64,000 nucleotides of DNA, taken from Gammaproteobacteria bacterium. Lineage in GTDB: Bacteria; Pseudomonadota; Gammaproteobacteria; CBDBNL01; JAAOII01. The notes below the pieces were generated by a model. That model made no database searches, was not told the DNA's origin, and saw only the letters and a program-made list of their open reading frames with translations. The position numbers and the translations under genes were made by a program. Positions 28,192 through 37,701 of the stretch are shown piece by piece; the stretch's first letter is position 1, and the number at the start of each line of letters is the position of its first letter. Where the stretch lies: NCBI GenBank assembly GCA_965209035.1, contig OZ242372.1:1696001-1760000 (forward strand), written 5' to 3'.

Positions 28192-31100
28192 TTGTTTTTG
28201 ATGTTTCCTGTGCCCTTAACCTGTAGTTTTATTGCGGGATCTTTCGCGACCAAGTGTTATCCTTTGATAGTGCGGTTCGGCTTTTGGAGTTTTATTTTGA
28301 TACTTGTTTCTTGCACGCAAGGACAAGTCACCCAAGGCTTGGCGAGAGGAGGAAACGGGGATCTGGTGCGTGCTCTGGATACGGACCAAGACGGGTTGAT
28401 AGAGATACAAACTCTGGAAGAACTTGCCTGTCTGCATAAAGATCTTGACGGAGACGGCAAGGACGACAATGATGATTCCAACCTCTATGCGGCCAGAATC
28501 GGCAGTTGCCCCAACAGCGGTTGCGTTGGTTACGAGTTAAACCGTTCTTTGGACTTTGCCGATGCCGATTCTTATTCGCATCCGGCAATCAATATGAATC
28601 TTTGGACAAATGTCCCGGGCGGCAGCAAAGGCAGTTGGCGACCGCTCGGATCTTGTTCCGACCACCTGTGTGATGCTTATAGCGGGATTTTTAATGGAAA
28701 CGGTCACACCCTTTCCAATCTTTTCATCAATGCTTCCGCGGAGATTTCGGGCGTTGGTTTGTTTGCCGCAATGAATGGTACTGTGATTAACTTCAACATG
28801 GAGAATATCACTGTGCATGGCGGGAATCGTTATGTGGGAACTTTGGCGGGTTTTGCTTCCGGCATTCTGATTGAAAATGTTACTGTCGCGCGTATTCGGG
28901 TTTCGGGTATGTCGGCGGCGGATGTCGGCGGTCTGATCGGCAAAGGCGACCATGCTACGGTAACTTCCGTTTGGTTGGCCGGAGTGGAGATGACCGGCAA
29001 TCGCTCGGTGGCGGGTTTGATGGGGTACGGTGACGACGCAAAAATTTCTATGGCCTATGTTGAAGGTGTTTCCGTTCGGGGGAAAGAAAATCTTGGCGGT
29101 CTTGTGGGGGGCGGCTCAGGCACAGAGATTGCCGCTTCGTTTGTCAGTGCGGATTATCTTATAGGGGATGACGATAACATAGGCGGCCTAATCGGCAGAG
29201 GACAATCCGCACAAATAGCCGCTTCATATGCGGTCGGCGGACGTATCACCGGTAATGCACGGGTCGGCGGTTTGGTTGGCAGCGGATTTAACACCACTGT
29301 CACAGCATCTTATGCGGCAATCGGACCGATCTACGCAGCGAGCGACAGCGGCGGGTTGATCGGTTCTGTGACAAACGGCGGCCGGCAATTGGCAAGGATC
29401 AATTTTTCTTATTGGGATGGTCAAATGACGCGTCTTGCCGAAAGTCCGGGCGGCGGACAACGCATGGGTGGCCAAAGAATGCGACAAGAGGTTGTTTTGA
29501 AGGGTATTTACAAAAATTGGAAACCGTTTTGGTGCGACCCAACCAAGCATTTTTTTACTTCCGACAGCGAGCATCCTCTTGCAACCGCTGACAATCTTGC
29601 TTGGGATCTTGGCAATAGCTACCAGTATCCGGCTTTGCGTTGCAGTTTGCATGACGATGAAACATATCAAAGACACCCTGCCGATTCTCCGGTGGATCAC
29701 TTAACACTTGATCGGATCAATCGAACACTTGTACTGAATTGGAAAAACCCGCCCGGCGAAATTGCATACTTCAATATCACTTTGCAGAAAGAAGGGGGTG
29801 GGGAGAGATATTTCATTAAGGATGACCAGACACCGTCTCGGGGAGAATCCACATACTTGATTGAAAATTTGAGCGAATCCGGTTTTTATCGCGTGCGAGT
29901 GATTTTGGTTTCAACAAACGGGGCGAGGTATCCTTTTAATACGGACAGAGTGTTTATTGATGCGGACGGTGACGATGACGGTTTTGATGATGCCGCGGAC
30001 AATTGCCCGCTGGTTGCGAATACGAATCAAACCAATACGGACGGGGCCGCGGACGGCGGTGATGCCTGCGATCCGGACGATGACGATGACGGTTTTAAGG
30101 ATGTTGCGGACAATTGCCGGCTGGTTGCGAATACGAATCAAACCAATACGGATGGTGCCGCGGACGGCGGCGATGCCTGCGATCCGGACGATGACAATGA
30201 TGGTGTGGAAGATGTAACGGATGTATTTTCTTTGGATCCTTGTGCGAGTGTGGATACGGATGGCGATGGCAGGCCGGATCAGCTGGTGGCCAATTGCACG
30301 ACAGACTTGACAGAAGACCCGGACGATGACGATGACGGTTTTCCGGACGAAGCAAACAGGACCACAAGGGCGGACAACTGCCAGTTTACGGCTAATCCCG
30401 ACCAGGCGAATCATGACAGCGATGCCTTGGGCGACTTATGTGATCCGGACGATGACAATGACGGTTTTGAGGATGTTGCGGACAATTGCCCGCTGGTTGC
30501 GAATACGAATCAAACCAATACGGATGGTGCCGCGGACGGCGGCGATGCCTGCGATCCGGACGATGACAATGATGGTGTGGAAGATGTAACGGATGTATTT
30601 TCTTTGGATCCTTGTGCGAGTGTGGATACGGATGGCGATGGCAGGCCGGATCAGCTGGTGGCCAATTGCACGACAGACTTGACAGAAGACCCGGACGATG
30701 ACGATGACGGTTTTCCGGACGAAGCAAACAGGACCACAAGGGCGGACAATTGTCCGTTGGTGGCGAATGCGAATCAAACCAATACGGATGGTGCCGCGGA
30801 CGGCGGCGATGCCTGCGACCCGGACGATGACAATGACGGCTTGGATGACCTTGCGGATAACTGCCAGTTTGTAAGTAACCCGGGGCAGACGAATACGGAT
30901 GGAGCGAATGACGGCGGTGATGCCTGCGATCCGGACGATGACAATGACGGCATTGAGGACACAGCGGACCATGATCGCGACGGCGATGGCTTGATAGAAA
31001 TTCACTTTTTGGAGGACCTTGCCGCCCTGCGCGACGACTTGAATGCGGACGGTGAGGACGATGGCAATCTCCCGGATGTCGGTGAGAATCGTTCCGCGGG

Positions 31101-32544
31101 CTGCCCGGTCGGGGTCGGAGGCTGCTTCGGTTACGAATTGGCACGCTCGCTGAACTTTGATGAGCCGTCTTCTTACGCGGATCCGCTCAACAACATCCCT
31201 CTTTGGACGAGGACGGGAAGCGATGGTCGCGGCTGGACCCCAATCGGCGCGATAGACCGGACGGGAAGCTGCGCCGGCTCAGATTCTTGTCCTTTTTATG
31301 ATGGGGTTTTTGAAGGGAATCATCACAGTATTTCCAACTTGTATCTGAATGCCTCGGATGAAAGTCTGTGGGTGGGTCTGTTTGCCGCCATTGGTGATAG
31401 CCTGCAGAGTGGCGTATTGAACTTGCAAGAGGTTCCTCCGAACGGCGGTCTTGTCAGAAATCTTAAAATAACAAATGCAAGTATTTTTGGCGGTAGTCGC
31501 CATGTCGGTATTCTGGCCGGTCATGCACGCGGTCTGCGTCTTTTTAATGTTGCGGTGCGGGGCGGGACTGTGCTGAGTCCGCTGGCGCAAAGAGTCGGCG
31601 GGCTGGCGGGGTTCGGTTTCTTTTCGCGCTCTAATGCTGTTTCATTCTCCGACGGTGTCATCGTCGGACGAGAGAAGGTGGGCGGTCTGTTTGGCGATGG
31701 TGCGATTTTTATTAACAACTCTTATGTATCCAATGCGAACTTATCGGGTCAGGCAGACATTGGCGGGCTGGTGGGCGGTTATGAAGAAGGAATGCATTTC
31801 ACTTTTAAGGAATCTTTTGTGATAGCATCCTATGTCGCGAATGTTAGTTTGACCGGCGGCAGTCGGCTGGGTGGTATTGCGGGTTATTCTTCTGATATCA
31901 GCCTTATTTCATCGTTCGCCCGAGGGATTTCGCTACGGGGGGAAAATAAAATAGGCGGGCTGGTGGGGGATGCGATCAATACCCGCTTATTCGGTTCATT
32001 CGCCCGAGTGGACCGTCTGATTGGGGCAAACCGGAGCGTTGGCGGTTTGGTGGGAGAAGCCAATGGTGTCCGCATCAAGGCTTCCTATGCGCTGGGCGGT
32101 CCTGTTCGGGCAAACAGTTTCGTGGGCGGTCTTGTCGGTGCGGTCTTGAATAATGTGGACATCCATTCATCTTATGCCGCCCTCGGTCCTTTAAGCGGTC
32201 AGATGGATGTCGGCGGTTTGGTGGGCACACAGACAGGCGACGCGCGCCCGGTGCAAGTTTATTCTTCTTACTGGGACCGGGAGGTGACCGGGCAAGATGT
32301 CAGTGCCGGTGAGGGTGGCGAAGGCAAGACTGGAGACGAGTTAAAGAGACCGACCGAGTTCTCGGGCGGTATCTATGCCGACTGGGCGAATTTTTGGTGT
32401 GACCCGACCGACGGCTTATTCACGAACACGGACGATGACACCGCCCGGACGACGGCTGCTTATCGTGCTTGGGATCTCGGCGACAGCGATGCCTATCCCA
32501 CCCTGACATGTGTTCGCAACCCGGGCGAAGTTCGCTCCCCTTGA
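28192..32544 (+). CDS. Putative surface lipoprotein of the same family (solenoid, FN3-like, canonical TSP3 repeats, solenoid), 1450 aa; start uncertain
   Basis: Lipobox-like LVSC; two capped GLUG-type domains; DNCPLVANTNQ..TDG..DGGDACDPD repeats. Confidence 0.9.
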   Translation: MFLMFPVPLTCSFIAGSFATKCYPLIVRFGFWSFILILVSCTQGQVTQGLARGGNGDLVRALDTDQDGLIEIQTLEELACLHKDLDGDGKDDNDDSNLYAARIGSCPNSGCVGYELNRSLDFADADSYSHPAINMNLWTNVPGGSKGSWRPLGSCSDHLCDAYSGIFNGNGHTLSNLFINASAEISGVGLFAAMNGTVINFNMENITVHGGNRYVGTLAGFASGILIENVTVARIRVSGMSAADVGGLIGKGDHATVTSVWLAGVEMTGNRSVAGLMGYGDDAKISMAYVEGVSVRGKENLGGLVGGGSGTEIAASFVSADYLIGDDDNIGGLIGRGQSAQIAASYAVGGRITGNARVGGLVGSGFNTTVTASYAAIGPIYAASDSGGLIGSVTNGGRQLARINFSYWDGQMTRLAESPGGGQRMGGQRMRQEVVLKGIYKNWKPFWCDPTKHFFTSDSEHPLATADNLAWDLGNSYQYPALRCSLHDDETYQRHPADSPVDHLTLDRINRTLVLNWKNPPGEIAYFNITLQKEGGGERYFIKDDQTPSRGESTYLIENLSESGFYRVRVILVSTNGARYPFNTDRVFIDADGDDDGFDDAADNCPLVANTNQTNTDGAADGGDACDPDDDDDGFKDVADNCRLVANTNQTNTDGAADGGDACDPDDDNDGVEDVTDVFSLDPCASVDTDGDGRPDQLVANCTTDLTEDPDDDDDGFPDEANRTTRADNCQFTANPDQANHDSDALGDLCDPDDDNDGFEDVADNCPLVANTNQTNTDGAADGGDACDPDDDNDGVEDVTDVFSLDPCASVDTDGDGRPDQLVANCTTDLTEDPDDDDDGFPDEANRTTRADNCPLVANANQTNTDGAADGGDACDPDDDNDGLDDLADNCQFVSNPGQTNTDGANDGGDACDPDDDNDGIEDTADHDRDGDGLIEIHFLEDLAALRDDLNADGEDDGNLPDVGENRSAGCPVGVGGCFGYELARSLNFDEPSSYADPLNNIPLWTRTGSDGRGWTPIGAIDRTGSCAGSDSCPFYDGVFEGNHHSISNLYLNASDESLWVGLFAAIGDSLQSGVLNLQEVPPNGGLVRNLKITNASIFGGSRHVGILAGHARGLRLFNVAVRGGTVLSPLAQRVGGLAGFGFFSRSNAVSFSDGVIVGREKVGGLFGDGAIFINNSYVSNANLSGQADIGGLVGGYEEGMHFTFKESFVIASYVANVSLTGGSRLGGIAGYSSDISLISSFARGISLRGENKIGGLVGDAINTRLFGSFARVDRLIGANRSVGGLVGEANGVRIKASYALGGPVRANSFVGGLVGAVLNNVDIHSSYAALGPLSGQMDVGGLVGTQTGDARPVQVYSSYWDREVTGQDVSAGEGGEGKTGDELKRPTEFSGGIYADWANFWCDPTDGLFTNTDDDTARTTAAYRAWDLGDSDAYPTLTCVRNPGEVRSP

Positions 32545-32638
32545 TATGCATTACCGGCAGCACTTGAACCGGAGTATGATCACTAATCGGTAAATTTTCA
32601 AAGTTTCCGCCGTTACAGCTCTGTGATAAAATGACTTT

Positions 32639-33274
32639 ATGAATAAAGGGAACAAAGAGAACAAAGGGAACAAAAAAGAAACCATTCCCCCGGGACACAT
32701 TACTGTGACCGATGCGGCGCGGGACTACTTGGCAGACCTCTTGTCAAAGAAAGAAGAAAAGACAGGTGTGCGTGTGTTCATCACTCAGGCCGGGACGCCG
32801 CATGCGGAAACTTGCCTGGCTTATTGCCCGGCGGGCGACGAGGAGGAGGACGATGTGCTGCTTGAAGAGATCCCGTTTGACTTTTTCATAGAAAAGACAA
32901 GTATTGACTACTTGCATGAAGCATTCATAGATTTCAACAAAGACGAGTTTGGCGGTCAGTTAACAATCCGCGCGCCCAATTCCAAAATGATGCATATTGA
33001 CGAAAACAGCCCGATGGGCGACAGGGTCAACTATGTTCTTTATACGGAAATCAATCCGGCACTGGCATCTCACGGCGGCATGGTCAGTTTGGCGGCAATG
33101 GAGGAAAAGGAAACGATAGCGGTTCTTCGGTTTGGCGGCGGCTGCCAGGGGTGCGGGATGATCGATGTCACTCTGAAGCAAGGAGTGGAAAAGACACTGC
33201 TTGAGAAGGTGCAAGGGCTGCGCGGTATCCGCGATGCGACGGACCACAGCGATCGCACCAACGCGTATTATTAA
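32639..33274 (+). CDS. nfuA: Fe-S biogenesis protein NfuA
   Basis: RVFITQAGTPHAETCLAYC, INPALASHGG and FGGGCQGCG motifs. Confidence 0.95.
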   Translation: MNKGNKENKGNKKETIPPGHITVTDAARDYLADLLSKKEEKTGVRVFITQAGTPHAETCLAYCPAGDEEEDDVLLEEIPFDFFIEKTSIDYLHEAFIDFNKDEFGGQLTIRAPNSKMMHIDENSPMGDRVNYVLYTEINPALASHGGMVSLAAMEEKETIAVLRFGGGCQGCGMIDVTLKQGVEKTLLEKVQGLRGIRDATDHSDRTNAYY

Positions 33275-33359
33275 AAATCACGGGTAACCATTCCGACCCT
33301 GTCGGAAAACCAATGACCATTCGTTTCGCTTCGGGTTTGACGGGTTGGACGGATTTGAG

Positions 33360-34730
33360 ATGAAAACTCGTTTCGCGCCCAGCCCGAGCGGTTTGATGCA
33401 TCCGGGTAATGTTCGCACCGCGTTGTTTAATTACCTGTTTGCCCGCCATAAACAGGGTCAGTTTCTTTTGCGCATTGAGGACACAGATGCGGCGGCTTCC
33501 ACGGAAGAGCATATTCAAAACATTGTCGACGATTTGCGGGAACTCGGTATAAATTGGGAACGAACCGCAGGCGGCGAAAAATACGACCGGCAGTCCCGAC
33601 GCGGCGCAATTTATGCCGCCCATTACAACAAACTTTTGGAACAAGACAAAGCATATCATTGTTTTTGTTCCGAAGACAGTTTGCGATTGTTGCGTAAAAG
33701 CCAACTGGCAGCCGGCGAGCCGCCGCGCTATAACGGTGTTTGTCGCGCGCTAACTAAGGGCGAAGTTGCCCGCAGACGCAACGCGGGCGAGTCGGCGGCC
33801 CTGCGATTGCGGCTGCCGGCATCGGCAAAAACGGAGTTCACGGATATCGTGCGCGGTCCGCAGACTTTCTCAACCGAGCATCTGGGGGACTTTATTATTC
33901 GGCGAAGCGACGGCAGTCCTTCTTTTATGTTCGCCAATGCGGTTGACGACGCCATGACCGGCATCACTTTGGTGATTCGCGGCGAGGATCATCTGACCAA
34001 TACTCCGCGTCAAATTCTTGTGCTGAAATCACTCGGCATGTCCGCCCCGGATTATGCTCATATTTCGTTAATACTGGGCGACGACGGTGCTCCGCTTTCA
34101 AAGCGAAACGGCAGCCGGGCAATTCGCGAACTACTTGACGAAGGCTACTTGCCGGGTGCGTTGGTGAACTACTTGGCACGATTGGGTTGCGTTTACGCGG
34201 AACAAGAATTATTCTCATTGGAGGACCTGGCACGCCGTTTTGATCCTCAAAAACTGACTCGCTCGGCGGCACGATTTGATATGCATCAGTTGGCGCACTG
34301 GCAAAGACGGGCATTGGCAGCGATGCACCCCGCGGAGCTGTATGCGTGGATGCAAGTCGATCGACTCGCCAAGATCCCAGCTGGCAAGGAAACAGAGTTT
34401 GCCCGTATCATCAGCCCCAACATCTTGTTGCCGGCCGAAGCAAAAGACTGGGCGGAATCTCTTTACGGGGCATGTACACCGGTTTCCGCCGCGGCGGATC
34501 GCGAGTTTTGGTCTTTGGCATGCCGGGTCTTTGACGAAGAACAAGACTGGCGTAAAACGACGCAGATTCTGGCAAAGGTTTCCGGTAAGCGCGGCAAGTC
34601 TCTTTTTATCCCGTTGCGGTTGGCGTTGAGCGGCAAAGAAAACGGCCCCGCTTTGGAAGACCTGGCGGAACTGCTCGGTGCCGAACTTGTAACGAAAAAA
34701 TTGGAATACCAGGTCCGCGCGGCGACATAA
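33360..34730 (+). CDS. gltX: Glutamate--tRNA ligase
   Basis: TRFAPSPSG.MHPGN, LRIEDTD, IRGEDH and PLSKR motifs; full length including the anticodon domain (may be a GluRS2-type paralog). Confidence 0.9.
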   Translation: MKTRFAPSPSGLMHPGNVRTALFNYLFARHKQGQFLLRIEDTDAAASTEEHIQNIVDDLRELGINWERTAGGEKYDRQSRRGAIYAAHYNKLLEQDKAYHCFCSEDSLRLLRKSQLAAGEPPRYNGVCRALTKGEVARRRNAGESAALRLRLPASAKTEFTDIVRGPQTFSTEHLGDFIIRRSDGSPSFMFANAVDDAMTGITLVIRGEDHLTNTPRQILVLKSLGMSAPDYAHISLILGDDGAPLSKRNGSRAIRELLDEGYLPGALVNYLARLGCVYAEQELFSLEDLARRFDPQKLTRSAARFDMHQLAHWQRRALAAMHPAELYAWMQVDRLAKIPAGKETEFARIISPNILLPAEAKDWAESLYGACTPVSAAADREFWSLACRVFDEEQDWRKTTQILAKVSGKRGKSLFIPLRLALSGKENGPALEDLAELLGAELVTKKLEYQVRAAT

Positions 34731-34770
34731 TGGGTAACCTAAAAATAGCACAGAGTGCCGGTTTTTCCGA

Positions 34771-34848
34771 CATTATGCTCACAAACAACTCTCGCCAATC
34801 CAGTTTTTGCAAAAACAAAAAAAGTCCGGAAATGGGTGGGATCATACA
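34771..34848. repeat. Degenerate copy of an ~80-bp dispersed palindromic element
   Basis: Ungapped match to 48089-48166, 57 of 78 positions by hand count. Confidence 0.7.
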
Positions 34849-34852
34849 CATA

Positions 34853-34884
34853 CACTAATTACTTGAGTTCACATGTTATAATAA
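34853..34884 (+). promoter_or_regulatory. Isolated IS30 terminal-repeat remnant followed by an extended -10 element (TGnTATAAT)
   Basis: CACTAATTACTTGAGTTCACA-TGT-TATAATAA matches the ends at 6351 and 18591 in both sequence and spacing. Confidence 0.65.
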
Positions 34885-34929
34885 TCGTATAAAACTTTTT
34901 TATTAATTTCTACAATTCTTAAATAAAAC

Positions 34930-37320
34930 ATGCTTAGTAAATTTAACTTTTTATCGGTTCGGTCGGCAAAAACAACAGCCGACCGCCCGGCATACCCGGC
35001 ATTCACCCGGGGCCTTAATACTACTTTTAATACCGAGATGTCGTTTGGCGGGCGGGTTCTATTGCCGCTAATGGCCGCTCTTAAATATAATGTTTTGCGG
35101 CGGACGCCGCGACAATCTCGTTCATACATACATACCGTTCTGCTGACGGGCATGCTGGGCTTTGCTTTGCTTCTTGCCGGCTGTGCCGGCGGTGGCGGCG
35201 GTGGCGGTACTCCTCCTGTCACCATTCCTCCCGATCCTGCGGCTGTTTCCAAGGTCCGAACCACGGTCAGTGGGAATAATATTACCGTGCGTTGGACCAA
35301 TCCGGATCAGGCGAATATCACCGGGTTCAATATTACTTGGATCAATGTTGGCGATGATGCCGATGGCGGCGAAATAGCACTTAATGCTTCTCAAACGAAT
35401 GTTGCGGCGGGTGCTGATAATACACACAAGATTACGAATCTGGACTATGCTGCCACCTATCGCATCACAGTGACGGTGCTTTATGCGGATCAAGATCCCG
35501 TGGCTTCGGATCCGACTTCCGTTCCTCCAGCCATGACCGGGATGGATCCGGATAACCCCGTTGTTCCTCTCGATCCTGCGGCTGTTTCCAATATCAACGC
35601 CATGGCCAGCGGGAATAACATTACCGTGAGTTGGACCAATCCGGACCGGGAGAGTATCACCGGGTTCAATATTGCTTGGGTCAATGTTGGCGATGATACC
35701 GATAGCGGTACAAGAGAACTTGATTCTGCCGATTTGCTTGCGTCCGGTGCCCAGTCAATGTACACCATTACGGGTCTAACTTATCGTGCCACCTACAAAA
35801 TCACAGTGACGGTGCTTTATGCGGATCAAGATCCCGCGGCTTCGGCTCCGATTCAAACACAAGAAATGACTGAACCGGACCCGAATGATCTTGATGGTGA
35901 TGGTGTGGTGAATGCGGAAGATTTGGACTATGACGGTGACGGCTTAATAGAGATTCACAATTTGGATCAATTAGCCCTACTGCGCGGCGATCTGAATGGC
36001 GATGGGGATGATGATGATGAGAATGACGATATTACCGCGGTGGGCACTGCGGGCTGTCCGAGTTCCGGCTGTATCGGTTACGAACTGACCCGCTCGCTCA
36101 ATTTCAGCGATGCGGTTTCCTATGCCGACGGCATGGTCAATGCTGCCTGGACGAGTGACAGCGGCTGGCAGCCGATTGGCTCCTGTTCCGCATTGGATGC
36201 TTGCACTCCTTATACCGGAATTTTTGACGGCAGGGGTTATCGCATTGCCGACCTGTTCATTTCTGTGAATGATACCGTCAATGGAGTGGGCTTATTTGGC
36301 GCGTTCAATGGTCGTCTTCAAAATTTGCATCTCTTAAATGTGCGTGTCAGTGGGGGTGCCAATCATGTGGGCGGACTGGTAGGCTATGGTGCGAATGCCC
36401 GTTATGAGAGTCTGTCGGTTACGGCTGGCAGTGTGATGAGTTCGTTATCCCGGCAAGAGGTAGGTCTGGGCGGACTGATTGGGAATGGTCAGAGTTCGGT
36501 TATTCTCTATGCGAATGTATCCGGTGTCACTGTTTCCGGGGCCAATTCGGTTGGCGGCCTGGTTGGGCAGGGGGAGGATGCTGATATTCGCTCTGTTTAT
36601 GTGTCCGACGGAAGTGTTACCGGATCTGGAGCCAATTCCGGATCCTTTGTTGGCGGGCTGGCTGGGGTTGGAGATAATGCTGATATTCGCTATGCCGGTG
36701 TATCCGGCGTAGATATATCCGGGTTGACCAGTGTTGGCGGGCTGGCTGGGACTGGGAATAATGCTGATATTCGCTATGCCGGTGTATTCGGCGGAGATGT
36801 ATCCGGTTTTTTTGGTAGTGTTGGTGGGCTGGTTGGGTTTGGGAATAATATTTCTATTCACTCTGTTTATGCGTCCGACGGAGAGGTTACCGGCGGGGGA
36901 AGTGGTATTGGCGGACTGATAGGGCTCGGGGAGCCCATTCAACTTGATTTTTCTTATGCCGCCACCGGCCCGGTTTCAGCTACATCCAATATTCCGGAAG
37001 TTAGCGGCCTGATTGGCACTCCCTCCCTAGGCATCGTTAATGATTCCTATTGGGATAGGAACACCACCGGGCAGTCTGCGAGTTCCGGTGGTGGCACCCG
37101 GGCGACCACCGCCCAACTGCAAAACCCGATCACTTTTTCCGGCAGCATTTATGCCAACTGGGGCAACTTCTGGTGTGATCCCAATACGGGTGCTGAGAGG
37201 ACAAGCACCACACCTTTGTCCGCCCCTTATGTCCGTGTCTGGGATCTGGGCACCGCCAACCAATACCCCGTCCTGAACTGCCTGCCTGTTAGCGCAGAAG
37301 AGCAGCAGCAACGGCAATAG
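34930..37320 (+). CDS. Putative surface lipoprotein of the same family (2 FN3-like domains, short DxDxDG tract, one solenoid), 796 aa; true start may be further downstream
   Basis: Lipobox LLAGC followed by AGGGGGGG; duplicated SGNNITV.WTNPD...ITGFNI.W domains; GCP.SGC.GYEL, DSYWD and FWCDP motifs. Confidence 0.9.
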   Translation: MLSKFNFLSVRSAKTTADRPAYPAFTRGLNTTFNTEMSFGGRVLLPLMAALKYNVLRRTPRQSRSYIHTVLLTGMLGFALLLAGCAGGGGGGGTPPVTIPPDPAAVSKVRTTVSGNNITVRWTNPDQANITGFNITWINVGDDADGGEIALNASQTNVAAGADNTHKITNLDYAATYRITVTVLYADQDPVASDPTSVPPAMTGMDPDNPVVPLDPAAVSNINAMASGNNITVSWTNPDRESITGFNIAWVNVGDDTDSGTRELDSADLLASGAQSMYTITGLTYRATYKITVTVLYADQDPAASAPIQTQEMTEPDPNDLDGDGVVNAEDLDYDGDGLIEIHNLDQLALLRGDLNGDGDDDDENDDITAVGTAGCPSSGCIGYELTRSLNFSDAVSYADGMVNAAWTSDSGWQPIGSCSALDACTPYTGIFDGRGYRIADLFISVNDTVNGVGLFGAFNGRLQNLHLLNVRVSGGANHVGGLVGYGANARYESLSVTAGSVMSSLSRQEVGLGGLIGNGQSSVILYANVSGVTVSGANSVGGLVGQGEDADIRSVYVSDGSVTGSGANSGSFVGGLAGVGDNADIRYAGVSGVDISGLTSVGGLAGTGNNADIRYAGVFGGDVSGFFGSVGGLVGFGNNISIHSVYASDGEVTGGGSGIGGLIGLGEPIQLDFSYAATGPVSATSNIPEVSGLIGTPSLGIVNDSYWDRNTTGQSASSGGGTRATTAQLQNPITFSGSIYANWGNFWCDPNTGAERTSTTPLSAPYVRVWDLGTANQYPVLNCLPVSAEEQQQRQ

Positions 37321-37701
37321 GCAAAGCGAGCAAGCGGAATTTAAAGCAGACCGAGATCTTGTTTGGCTGCCTCGGCGGCCAAACAGATCGCTTTGGCGGC
37401 GATGCAGCATCTGTGAAACAGAGACGAGTGCGCGGCCAAGAGTGCATTTTAACAGCCCCAATTTTTCTACAACTTAAACTTCGCAATCGGGCGGGGGTGG
37501 GACGGCAAGTCAAGATCGCCGGGCGACACAATAGGCAAAGATAACCCGGGCAACCCACAGATCGCGTAAAATGCCGGTTTTTTCTGCAGTTTTAGAAGTT
37601 TCCGCAGTTTCAGAAATGATGTTTTGCGTCTTGTGATCTGTGTCCCATAAACTATAATGAATATTCGGGTACATTTATGATGTAACGAATGATATAACGA
37701 T

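Noticed and set aside
27977-28201. 74-aa ORF upstream of the 1450-aa gene
   Set aside because: It has no recognisable motif and includes low-complexity 9-mer repeats; it is probably leader DNA.
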